Of a DNA stretch of 37,073 nucleotides, positions 1 through 7,663 are shown piece after piece; position 1 is the stretch's first letter, and the number at the start of each line of letters is the position of its first letter. Position numbers and translations under genes: made by a program. Source of the DNA: Candidatus Woesebacteria bacterium (GTDB lineage Bacteria; Patescibacteriota; Microgenomatia; UBA1406; HO2-37-13b); contig JAGORW010000002.1 of the NCBI GenBank assembly GCA_018062605.1, positions 1-37,073 of the forward strand. Reading direction: 5' to 3'. The notes beneath the pieces were generated by a model that saw only the letters and a list, made by a program, of their open reading frames with translations, searched no databases and was not told where the DNA came from.

Positions 1-861
1 GAATATATGATTACGGATTCACCCGAAAATCTATTAGAGAGTACACAGGACTTTCCCAACGATGACAAATTTCGATATGTTTCATATGGATCCTCGCTCG
101 TTTGGAATAAAGCACTTGTAGAAAAGGGATGGGAGGACATGGCCCCATTCAATAATCTGAAGGGTGCTTTGGTTCCTAACATCAATGTTTTTTATGAACG
201 ATATTCGTTTGATGCCTATAGAATATTATTGACACGTCGCATGCAAACATCTCTTGCACTTTCTGATAAACTCTATGCTCTAAAAGATCAGAACGAGCAA
301 TATGCACGAACATTCGACAATTTCATGGATATGCAATCTGTGAATACGCTTATTGAAGTTAAGGATTCAGTAATCTATACAGACCGGCCTCATGCAGTTC
401 CACGTTTTCATTTCGCTGATAGAACATATGATGTTAAAACGGTGCAAGATATGCTTGAAGTACTCGCCACAGATGAATTTTCGGCGTCTCACTCTGCTTT
501 TGTTGAAAAGAGACTTCCGGTAATTTCGGGGCAATCTAAAGTACTTCTAGTTAAACAATCTGCTCAACATATTGAAGTCAAAGTAGAGGTTCCAGACAAA
601 AGTCTTTTTGTCATGACTGACACGTACTATCCTGGTTGGAACGCCTATGTGGATTCAAAGAAAGCAGAGATTTTCCCAGTAAATATTCATCAGAGAGGTG
701 TCGTGGTGCCCAAAGGTGCTAAAGAGATTCATTTTCGCTATGAGCCAATGCCTTTTTTGTATGGCAAGTATGCAACTCTGTTGGGGTATGTACTTATAAG
801 TCTTCTAATTGGACGGTCCCTTCTTCAAGAATATCGCTCAGTTTCTGCTTCCAAAAAGTAA
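1..861 (+). CDS. YfhO-like polytopic membrane protein, C-terminal part (5' end outside window)
   Basis: ORF 7..861 stays open in frame to the left edge. The block DTYYPGWNAYVD..IFPVN..VVVPKGAKEIHFRYEP plus a terminal TM helix matches the typical YfhO-family C-terminus. Confidence 0.6.
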   Translation, partial: EYMITDSPENLLESTQDFPNDDKFRYVSYGSSLVWNKALVEKGWEDMAPFNNLKGALVPNINVFYERYSFDAYRILLTRRMQTSLALSDKLYALKDQNEQYARTFDNFMDMQSVNTLIEVKDSVIYTDRPHAVPRFHFADRTYDVKTVQDMLEVLATDEFSASHSAFVEKRLPVISGQSKVLLVKQSAQHIEVKVEVPDKSLFVMTDTYYPGWNAYVDSKKAEIFPVNIHQRGVVVPKGAKEIHFRYEPMPFLYGKYATLLGYVLISLLIGRSLLQEYRSVSASKK

Positions 862-2779
862 CACCTTTTTGCTGAGTGCATTTTTCGCTGTAGTAGATCA
901 TAAAAGTGACAAAGTTTTTGTCTGTATCTGGTTTTTCAATAAGTGGAACAATTTTTTGGCGGGTCAACTCTGCATCCATGCAACGATCCAGATCAATATA
1001 ATTAGTGGCAATGCGAGTTAGAATATCCTTGTTTTCCGGGTCTAAAATGAGAGCCTGTTGAAGATGTTCAAGTGAATCAACGTAATCCTTCCCATAAATT
1101 GAGGCCATCATTGAGCTTCGGATATGTGCCGCCTTGTAATAATCGAGTACATTCGCTTGCATAAGATTGCGATACTTCCCGAGACTTCCAGAGAGCGGAT
1201 CCTGATAGCTCTGCCAAGATTGTGCATCTAAGCGACGAACTTCAGCATATGAAGGCACATCAGCTTTTTTATAGAGTCTAAAGATGAGTCCCTCAGGAAT
1301 GAGGGTATATTCTTGCGGAAGATCTCCAATTTGCAGAGTTGTGTAGATTGGAAATTTTTCATAGTTTTTATCGATGAATGTGTGGGCAAACGAGAGATTC
1401 TCATTGAACGGGGGTACAAACACATGTGGATAATGCTTTTTCATAGTTTCCTGCATATCCCCTTTCAGTAACTTTGAGAAATGAATTGGTGTTACATCGG
1501 TTCGATATCCTAAGCCATACACAACATATTGGGTATTAAATATAGCAATATCGCCATTTAGGAGGACTATTGAATTTTTAGGAAGTGGTTTAAGAATATC
1601 TTTCCCAAACTTCTCTGAAGTCGTATCATATTTTAGAATTGAGAGTTTTGGATAGTTGCTGTAGAAATTAAAAAAGATCAGAAGAGCACCAATGATATAG
1701 GGAATTTTAGGAAGAAATGATATCAGTGGAGACTTTGTTTTTTGTGTGACAAACTGCTTAATGTAATTTGAGGCTGCCCAAATTCCAACTCCGATAAGAA
1801 TGCCTAGTATGATGTATGAAGGGAGTAAGAATCTTTCAGCTGTTCCAATGAGGAATGAAGATGTATATAGGTACGATGCATAGAAAAAATAAAATGGTCC
1901 AGAAATAAGAAACGCGATTATGAAAAAAATGCCAAGTCTTCTGTGAGTTCTGTAAAGATACACAGCTCCAATGATGAACAAGACGAGCCCGAAAATAGTA
2001 AAATCCTGCAGATAATTTTCTAACAGGAACGAAAACTGTAGAATTCGGGATTGAAGTTGATTTCCAATTTGCACACCCGAATTAAATGTCCCGTAATCCG
2101 CCCTCGTAATAAGTTTCTTCATATTTTCCAAAGTTGTTGGGTTTGACCAGATCACTGTAGGGATTTTATGTGCAACATACGGAACCCATAGATAAGGTAA
2201 AAGTCCTACAATTCCTGACAATGCTATAAAGATGTAATTCTTTGCGGAAAGCTTGTTCCAATATGAGAAAGCAAGGTACAACGATGCGGGAAGCATCAAG
2301 ATAATTAAATGGTGATGGGAAATCCCCAACCCATATATTAGTGCTGCCATATAAAGATATTTTGAAGAGGGCTTGAAATAAAACAACACACTGATATACA
2401 ATAGCGTGGTCATCAAAAAAATATGCATCGCGAATACCTCTGGGACTATCCCATAAAGCCATATTAGATAATTTCCTGCAAGAAGGAGTGTTGTGCATAC
2501 TGCTGCTGCCTGAGAAGTAGTAATGCGAAATACCAGTTTATGAACTATAAACAAAGTTCCAGCAGAAAAAACAGATGACAGAAGCCCAATTCTCCATGCC
2601 ACAGTGCTTAAGGGCAGATGACCAAAAAAGTATCCAAGCATTGAATACAGTGGATATCCTGGGGGGTGAGCAGCACCGCCGACATAAGCTGCAGTTACTA
2701 AATCTCCGGCATCTCCGCCGTAAATACTAATGGATTGGAAGAAGAGGAAGAACAGAAGATATGTCAAAAATACAATCAT
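794..2779 (-). CDS. DUF2723 / GT-C-type glycosyltransferase-like membrane protein with C-terminal TPR-like region
   Basis: 661-aa ORF. N-terminal signature GGDAGDLVTAAYVGGAAHPPGYPLY, many TM helices, helical-repeat tail. Confidence 0.75.
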   Translation of the reverse strand: MIVFLTYLLFFLFFQSISIYGGDAGDLVTAAYVGGAAHPPGYPLYSMLGYFFGHLPLSTVAWRIGLLSSVFSAGTLFIVHKLVFRITTSQAAAVCTTLLLAGNYLIWLYGIVPEVFAMHIFLMTTLLYISVLFYFKPSSKYLYMAALIYGLGISHHHLIILMLPASLYLAFSYWNKLSAKNYIFIALSGIVGLLPYLWVPYVAHKIPTVIWSNPTTLENMKKLITRADYGTFNSGVQIGNQLQSRILQFSFLLENYLQDFTIFGLVLFIIGAVYLYRTHRRLGIFFIIAFLISGPFYFFYASYLYTSSFLIGTAERFLLPSYIILGILIGVGIWAASNYIKQFVTQKTKSPLISFLPKIPYIIGALLIFFNFYSNYPKLSILKYDTTSEKFGKDILKPLPKNSIVLLNGDIAIFNTQYVVYGLGYRTDVTPIHFSKLLKGDMQETMKKHYPHVFVPPFNENLSFAHTFIDKNYEKFPIYTTLQIGDLPQEYTLIPEGLIFRLYKKADVPSYAEVRRLDAQSWQSYQDPLSGSLGKYRNLMQANVLDYYKAAHIRSSMMASIYGKDYVDSLEHLQQALILDPENKDILTRIATNYIDLDRCMDAELTRQKIVPLIEKPDTDKNFVTFMIYYSEKCTQQKGVTFWKQKLSDILEEGTVQLEDL

Positions 2780-2789
2780 ATTAGCCAGT

Positions 2790-2798
2790 ATTGTATCA
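2790..2798 (-). promoter_or_regulatory. extended -10 box TGaTACAAT, 10 nt upstream of the DUF2723 ATG
   Basis: The minus strand reads TTTTTTTTGATACAAT-ACTGGCTAAT-ATG. The box abuts the T-tract of the pilin terminator. Confidence 0.4.
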
Positions 2799-2827
2799 AA
2801 AAAAAGAGCCCGCAGTTATGCGAGCTC
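2798..2827 (-). terminator. Rho-independent terminator of the pilin gene
   Basis: The minus strand reads GAGCTCGC-ATAACT-GCGGGCTC (8-bp stem including one G-T pair) followed by T8, 20 nt after the pilin stop. Confidence 0.75.
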
Positions 2828-2846
2828 TTTAGTAATTGTTTTGCTA

Positions 2847-3395
2847 TTATGTGCAGTCTGAAACGCTTGTTGATGAGAATACTTCGAAGAATCCATTGTC
2901 TACTCCGTCCTCATTAAGCTTTCGAGCATTTGCAACAGATTCAAGCTTTGTGCAAATTCTGTATCGAGCGAGATCGTCGATAATAACTTGGTATGCAACA
3001 CCACCGGTTGACACAGTTCCATCTGACGATGATACGAATTCAGCAGATCTGTTCAATGGGTCTACAGGAATAGTGTTTGCGTAGTTACAAAGGTCCATGA
3101 CGTTTGTACCTTGGCTTAACCATCCAGTATTACATGAGTTTTTCACAGTTGCTCCCGCGTCATTGCTTGTTGCTGTGACACCGCCAAAGTCAGGATTATC
3201 TCCCATGTATTGCTCAATAACACCTTGCAGTGTTCCAAGTTCTTTGATGCGTCGTGCATCTCTGGACTTCTTCTGAGCCTCAGCTGGGTTAATTGTAACA
3301 AGTGCGATTACTGCCAAAATGGCGATAAGGGCAACCACGATCAGGATTTCCACAAGTGTGAAACCTTTTTGTGCAGATTTTAGTCGGTGCAACAT
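2847..3395 (-). CDS. pilA: type IV major pilin (prepilin-type N-terminal methylation domain)
   Basis: Leader MLHRLKSAQKG then FTLVEILIVVALIAILAVIALV (G/F cleavage site, Glu at +5). Cys pair in the C-terminal half. Last gene of the pilB-pilT-pilC unit, followed by a strong terminator. The longer ORF-track start (TTG at 3458) would give an atypically long leader. Confidence 0.85.
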   Translation of the reverse strand: MLHRLKSAQKGFTLVEILIVVALIAILAVIALVTINPAEAQKKSRDARRIKELGTLQGVIEQYMGDNPDFGGVTATSNDAGATVKNSCNTGWLSQGTNVMDLCNYANTIPVDPLNRSAEFVSSSDGTVSTGGVAYQVIIDDLARYRICTKLESVANARKLNEDGVDNGFFEVFSSTSVSDCT

Positions 3396-3402
3396 AAGCG
3401 GT

Positions 3403-3430
3403 AAATTAAATTTTCTAACAATACATTCAA
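3403..3430 (-). promoter_or_regulatory. candidate pilin-proximal promoter TTGAAT-16-TAATTT, 7 nt upstream of ATG
   Basis: Read on the minus strand. An alternative distal candidate is TTGAAA(3555-3550)-18-TATAAT(3531-3526). The AT-rich context makes both uncertain. Confidence 0.3.
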
Positions 3431-3470
3431 TATAGTCCATTTTGAAATCTAATGTCAAGGGGCAAAAGAT

Positions 3471-3579
3471 CGGTTGAAACTGATTGAAACTTGTTTAAAC
3501 TAGTTTTAACTTGAAGAAATAAAGAATTATAAAAAATCGAGCCTACCAGTTTCAACCAGTTTTAACTAGTTTCAACTAG
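3471..3579. repeat. two inverted arrays of phased 10-bp units (xxTTGAAAC x4, spacer, ACCAGTTTCA x3.5)
   Basis: Left arm CGGTTGAAAC TGATTGAAAC TTGTTTAAAC TAGTTTTAAC, then a 34-bp A-rich spacer, then right arm ACCAGTTTCA ACCAGTTTTA ACTAGTTTCA ACTAG. The last unit overlaps the pilC stop. Confidence 0.7.
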
Positions 3580-4775
3580 AACGAAGATGTTAAGTTAAAG
3601 ATTGGCGTTATAACCGCAATAACAACAAAACCTACACCTAAACCCAATCCCACCAGCAGCACCGGTTCGATAAGTGTTGTCAGTGCTTTAACTGCAATTT
3701 CTGATTCGCTCTCAAAATAGTTTGCCAAGTGGCCAAGTGTCTCATCTAAGTGCCCCGTTTGCTCTCCTACTGTTGTCATTTGTACAAAAATCGCTGGAAA
3801 AATGTTTGCACTTTCAAGTGAGGCACCGAGGGTTTCTCCTGTTTCAACGTCATGTTTAATTCGTTTAAAGGCTTCCTGATAGACAATATTTGAGGTGGTT
3901 TCCGTAATAATATCCAAAGCCTCAAGAATAGATACGCCTGCAGTAATCAAAATAGCGAGAGTACGTGTTGTATCAACGAGTGCGGAGATTTTAATAATTC
4001 TGCTGATTACTGGGGTGTGTAGCGCGATACGGTCCATGGATTTTTTGCCGTAGTGCGATTTCATAAATCTGAAAAGCAGAAAAATCACGAATAACACTGT
4101 TCCAATTATGAACGGCCAAAATTTGCTAAAAAAATCGGAAATTACAATTAAAAAGACTGTCATTGCAGGAAGTTGCACATCAAACTGCTTATACACAGTT
4201 AAAAGTTGTGGAATAACGAAGGTGATCATCACAAACATAACACCAAGCATGGCCGTAATAATAATTACAGGATATACCATTGCGCCTTTCACCTTATTTT
4301 TGAAGGTACGCGCACGTTCTAGATTTTCGGCGAGTTTGCTGAGAATTTCATCAAGTTTTCCAGAAGCCTCACCTGCTTTAACCAACGATATATACAGGTT
4401 ATTGAAAAGCATAGGATGTTTCTTGAGTGCGTCAGAGAAGTTCATACCGGCCTTAATATCTGCATCAAGCTCTTGAACGAGTTTTGAGAATGCTTGATTT
4501 TCGGATTGGCGCTTGAGAATATCAAGTGAATCAATAAGAGTAAGACCCGAATTAAGCATAATAGACATTTGGCGGGTGAAGTCAACGATATGAGTAAATG
4601 AAACCTTGCTAAAAAGAGATCCGAAAGATGATGAAACTGGCGCAGCTTTTTGATTAATACTTAAAATAGTGAGGTTGTTTCCTTTTAAATATGACAAAGC
4701 TTTATCTTCACCCTCCGCTTCCATAACTCCCGTGACGGTTTTGCCGTCTTTGATTGCTTTGTACGTGAATTCCAT
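3576..4775 (-). CDS. pilC: type IV pilus platform protein PilC (GspF family)
   Basis: 399 aa. Duplicated T2SS-F-type helical domain with TM segments. Its start lies 3 nt after the pilT stop. Confidence 0.9.
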   Translation of the reverse strand: MEFTYKAIKDGKTVTGVMEAEGEDKALSYLKGNNLTILSINQKAAPVSSSFGSLFSKVSFTHIVDFTRQMSIMLNSGLTLIDSLDILKRQSENQAFSKLVQELDADIKAGMNFSDALKKHPMLFNNLYISLVKAGEASGKLDEILSKLAENLERARTFKNKVKGAMVYPVIIITAMLGVMFVMITFVIPQLLTVYKQFDVQLPAMTVFLIVISDFFSKFWPFIIGTVLFVIFLLFRFMKSHYGKKSMDRIALHTPVISRIIKISALVDTTRTLAILITAGVSILEALDIITETTSNIVYQEAFKRIKHDVETGETLGASLESANIFPAIFVQMTTVGEQTGHLDETLGHLANYFESESEIAVKALTTLIEPVLLVGLGLGVGFVVIAVITPIFNLTSSF

Positions 4776-4778
4776 ATG

Positions 4779-5831
4779 TTAGGTTATATATTTTCGAATT
4801 TGTTGCGGTCGGATAGCATAATTCAGTGCAACTTCTTTAGTGATCTTGCCTTGAGCATAGAGGTTGCTAAGCGCACGTTCCATAGTAATCATTCCCATTT
4901 CGGTGGAGGTTTCAAGAATATTTTCGATCATGTGTGTCTTTCCGTCGCGAATGGTTGCTGCAACCGCTGGAGTATTGACTAAAATTTCACATGCGGCAAT
5001 GCGGCCTGTTCCATCAATGTTTGGAAGAAGTCTTTGTGACACTATAGCTTGTAGTGATGAGGCAAGTTGAATGCGGATTTGATTTTGCTGTTGAGGAGGA
5101 AAGACATCAACGATGCGGTCAATGGTTTGAGGTACTGAATTTGTATGGAGCGTTGAGAAAACCAAATGACCAGTTTCGGCAATGGTCATAGCGGCTTGGA
5201 TCGTTTCATAATCACGCATCTCCCCTACCAACACGACGTCCGGATCTTCACGAAGCGCAGATTTCAAAGCAACTGTCCAACCATGGGTATCTTGATTAAG
5301 CTCTCTTTGTGAAATCAAGGATTTTCCAACCGGATAGACGTATTCAATCGGATCTTCGATTGTCAGAATGTGACGTGAATCCGTTTCGTTAATGCGCTGA
5401 ATAATAGCTGCCAATGATGTTGATTTACCTTCACCAGTGGGCCCGGTTATAAGAACAAAACCTTGACGGATTTTAGTAAATGACTGCATGATGTCTGGAA
5501 GAGCCAATTCCTCAATAGATCGAATACCAGATGTGATTAAACGAAAAGCTCCCGCTATAGCTCCCTTTGTGTGATACATATTGACACGGAATCTCATGTC
5601 CCCATGTTGGAGTCCAAAGTCGATTTCCTTATTTGCCATCAAATTGCCTTTCTGTTCATCATTCAAGATTGGCAAGAGAGTTTTCTGACTTATCTCAGCA
5701 TCGATCACAGGATAGGTTTTGAGAACATACAGCTGACCGTTGATCCGAACTGACGGACTATACCCTGGGACAAAATGAATGTCCGATGCGTTTTTCTCAA
5801 TTGCTATTTTAAAGAGTTCTTCAATGTCCAT
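4779..5831 (-). CDS. pilT: twitching-motility retraction ATPase PilT
   Basis: 350 aa. Walker A GPTGEGKST, Asp box VVLVGEMRD, His box GHLVFSTLHTNS. PilT-like length, no N-terminal GspE_N domain. Confidence 0.9.
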   Translation of the reverse strand: MDIEELFKIAIEKNASDIHFVPGYSPSVRINGQLYVLKTYPVIDAEISQKTLLPILNDEQKGNLMANKEIDFGLQHGDMRFRVNMYHTKGAIAGAFRLITSGIRSIEELALPDIMQSFTKIRQGFVLITGPTGEGKSTSLAAIIQRINETDSRHILTIEDPIEYVYPVGKSLISQRELNQDTHGWTVALKSALREDPDVVLVGEMRDYETIQAAMTIAETGHLVFSTLHTNSVPQTIDRIVDVFPPQQQNQIRIQLASSLQAIVSQRLLPNIDGTGRIAACEILVNTPAVAATIRDGKTHMIENILETSTEMGMITMERALSNLYAQGKITKEVALNYAIRPQQIRKYIT

Positions 5832-5840
5832 GGTTCTAGA

Positions 5841-5919
5841 TGAAATTAATTGAAACTGGTTAAAACTAATTGAAACTGGCCAAGTTTAAACTAGTTTACA
5901 CGAGTTTAAACTAGTTAAG
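5841..5919. repeat. 4 + 4 phased 10-bp units with a dyad centre at 5880/5881, filling the pilB-pilT spacer
   Basis: Left arm TGAAATTAAT TGAAACTGGT TAAAACTAAT TGAAACTGGC, right arm CAAGTTTAAA CTAGTTTACA CGAGTTTAAA CTAGTTAAG. The last unit overlaps the pilB stop. Confidence 0.7.
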
Positions 5920-7627
5920 TATGCGCAACTCTCAAGACTTCTTCAATAGTCGTTGTACCATCGAGTGCTTTTAAATAACCGTCTTGGAGCATTGTGATAA
6001 GCCCTTCCTGAATAGCAACATCCTGAATTGCCTGAGCGGTTGAGTTCTTCACAACCAAATTTTCAATGCCGCGCGTAATCTTAATAACCTCAAAAATACC
6101 CACCCGACCATGGTATCCAGAATCTGCACCGGTTGTGTCATGTGCCTTGTACAGTCTCATTGACCCAGGATCTTGCTTGTATTTTTCTGGGAGCATATCA
6201 CCTAAAACGTCTTTAATATTTTGTTGTAGTTCTGGGCTTGGGGTATATTCTTGACTTCCTTCAGGTGCAATTTTTCTCACAATACGTTGAGCTACAACTG
6301 CATTCAAAACAGATGAAATCAAGAATGGTTCTGCACCTAAGTCAATCAAACGAGGGATAGCTGTAGCGGCGTCATTTGTATGCAGGGTTGAGAAAACCAA
6401 ATGTCCCGTCAGAGCAGCCTGCATTGCTAGAGATGTCGTTTCGGAATCGCGAATTTCTCCAACGAGAATAATGTTAGGGTCTTGTCTCAAAAAAGAACGA
6501 AGTCCTGTAGCAAAGGTGAGGCCAGCTTGCGGATTAATCTGCACTTGATTCACTCCTTTGATTTGATATTCCACTGGATCTTCCAGAGTCACAATATTAA
6601 CTGCTGGCTTATTGAGCAGATTCAAAATCGAATAGAGCGTTGTGGACTTACCAGATCCGGTAGGCCCTGTAACAAGTACAATTCCGTATGGTTTTTGAAT
6701 TCCTTCTTCCAAAACCTTCAGTTGAGGGCCGCGCAATCCAAGATCATTCATTGTTGGAATTCCTCCAGATTTTTTGAGCAAACGCATAACGACCTTCTCG
6801 CCATTAACAGTTGGGAGTGTTGAGACTCGCAAATCAACTTCTTCTTCGCCCATCTTAAAATTAAAACGGCCGTCCTGTGGGGCACGTTTTTCGTCAATTT
6901 TTAGTCCAGAAAGAATTTTTATGCGCGAAACCAACGAATCCTGAATGGACTTTGGCAAGGCGAGTTTTTCTTGAAGCATACCGTCAATTCTGTATCTAAC
7001 ACGGGTGCGGGTTTCTTGTGGCTCAATATGAACGTCAGAGGCTCTTCCTTTCATCGCATATTCCAAAATAGTTTTTACAATTTTTGCAATTGGCGCTTCT
7101 TTAATCAGCTCTCCTAAATTCTCGGCTTGCACAGTACGGACTGCTGGCTCAAACTCTTTCAAAGCCTCAGTAATGTTTGGCGAGAGATTTTGCGTGTACA
7201 CCACGTCAATCGTCTTCTCAATATCTTCTTTGAGACTCAAGACCGGAATCAAGCGCTTTCCTGTTTTCTTTTGTAAGAAGCCAATTGTTTGCACGTCAAA
7301 CGGATCAGCCATCGCAATTTTCAACGTATTCTCTTTTTCATTGAGCTCAAATGGAATCAACACATATTGTCGAGCCAAAGATTCTGGAACTAATGCAAGT
7401 GCTTGAGGGGCAATGGGCATAGAACTTCCCGTAACCCATGGCATATTCAAAATCTCAGCTTTGGTTTTGATTATGTCTTCAGGGGTGACCTCAGAATTTG
7501 CCAAAAGATATTCATCAATTGGAAGATTTTTCTGAAGAGAATCGACCTCATATTTTTGAGACTGTTCTGGCGTGACAATTTTCTGCCCCACAAGAATATC
7601 AAGAAATTGTTTGGTCGGTAAAGTCAT
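5915..7627 (-). CDS. pilB: type IV pilus assembly ATPase PilB (GspE family)
   Basis: 570 aa. N-terminal GspE_N-like domain, Walker A GPTGSGKST, IILVGEIRD, GHLVFSTLHTND. Confidence 0.9.
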   Translation of the reverse strand: MTLPTKQFLDILVGQKIVTPEQSQKYEVDSLQKNLPIDEYLLANSEVTPEDIIKTKAEILNMPWVTGSSMPIAPQALALVPESLARQYVLIPFELNEKENTLKIAMADPFDVQTIGFLQKKTGKRLIPVLSLKEDIEKTIDVVYTQNLSPNITEALKEFEPAVRTVQAENLGELIKEAPIAKIVKTILEYAMKGRASDVHIEPQETRTRVRYRIDGMLQEKLALPKSIQDSLVSRIKILSGLKIDEKRAPQDGRFNFKMGEEEVDLRVSTLPTVNGEKVVMRLLKKSGGIPTMNDLGLRGPQLKVLEEGIQKPYGIVLVTGPTGSGKSTTLYSILNLLNKPAVNIVTLEDPVEYQIKGVNQVQINPQAGLTFATGLRSFLRQDPNIILVGEIRDSETTSLAMQAALTGHLVFSTLHTNDAATAIPRLIDLGAEPFLISSVLNAVVAQRIVRKIAPEGSQEYTPSPELQQNIKDVLGDMLPEKYKQDPGSMRLYKAHDTTGADSGYHGRVGIFEVIKITRGIENLVVKNSTAQAIQDVAIQEGLITMLQDGYLKALDGTTTIEEVLRVAHT

Positions 7628-7633
7628 ACATTC

Positions 7634-7658
7634 ACTATAGAGAAACGTCTGGTAAAAT
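7634..7658. promoter_or_regulatory. back-to-back -10 boxes in the 36-bp pilB/holB divergent spacer
   Basis: Minus strand: TATAGT (7639-7634), then 6 nt, then the pilB ATG. Plus strand: TGgTAAAAT (7650-7658), then 5 nt, then the holB ATG at 7664. Confidence 0.5.
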
Positions 7659-7663
7659 TCAAT

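Noticed and set aside
3396-3458. Longer pilin ORF starting at TTG 3458 or ATG 3440.
   Set aside because: It would give a 32-aa or 26-aa prepilin leader. The ATG at 3395 gives a canonical short basic leader ending in G/FTLVE.
3471-3579. The repeat arrays as a CRISPR array or a MITE.
   Set aside because: The units are only 8-10 bp and directly abutting with no unique spacers, and no cas genes are present. The five loci share a unit motif but not a common full-length sequence or target-site duplications, as expected for a transposable MITE.
809-7621. Numerous 60-128-aa ORFs antisense to or out of frame with the DUF2723 and pilC/pilT/pilB genes, e.g. 809..1021, 1228..1425, 2166..2498, 4108..4476, 4864..5070, 6482..6823, 7173..7406. 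Similar ones occur across the window, e.g. 20664..21050, 22048..2347, 27815..28147, 34599..34913.
   Set aside because: All lie inside long CDSs with strong family motifs on the other strand or frame. They have low-complexity or odd composition and no start-site signals. This is typical shadow-ORF behaviour in AT-rich DNA.
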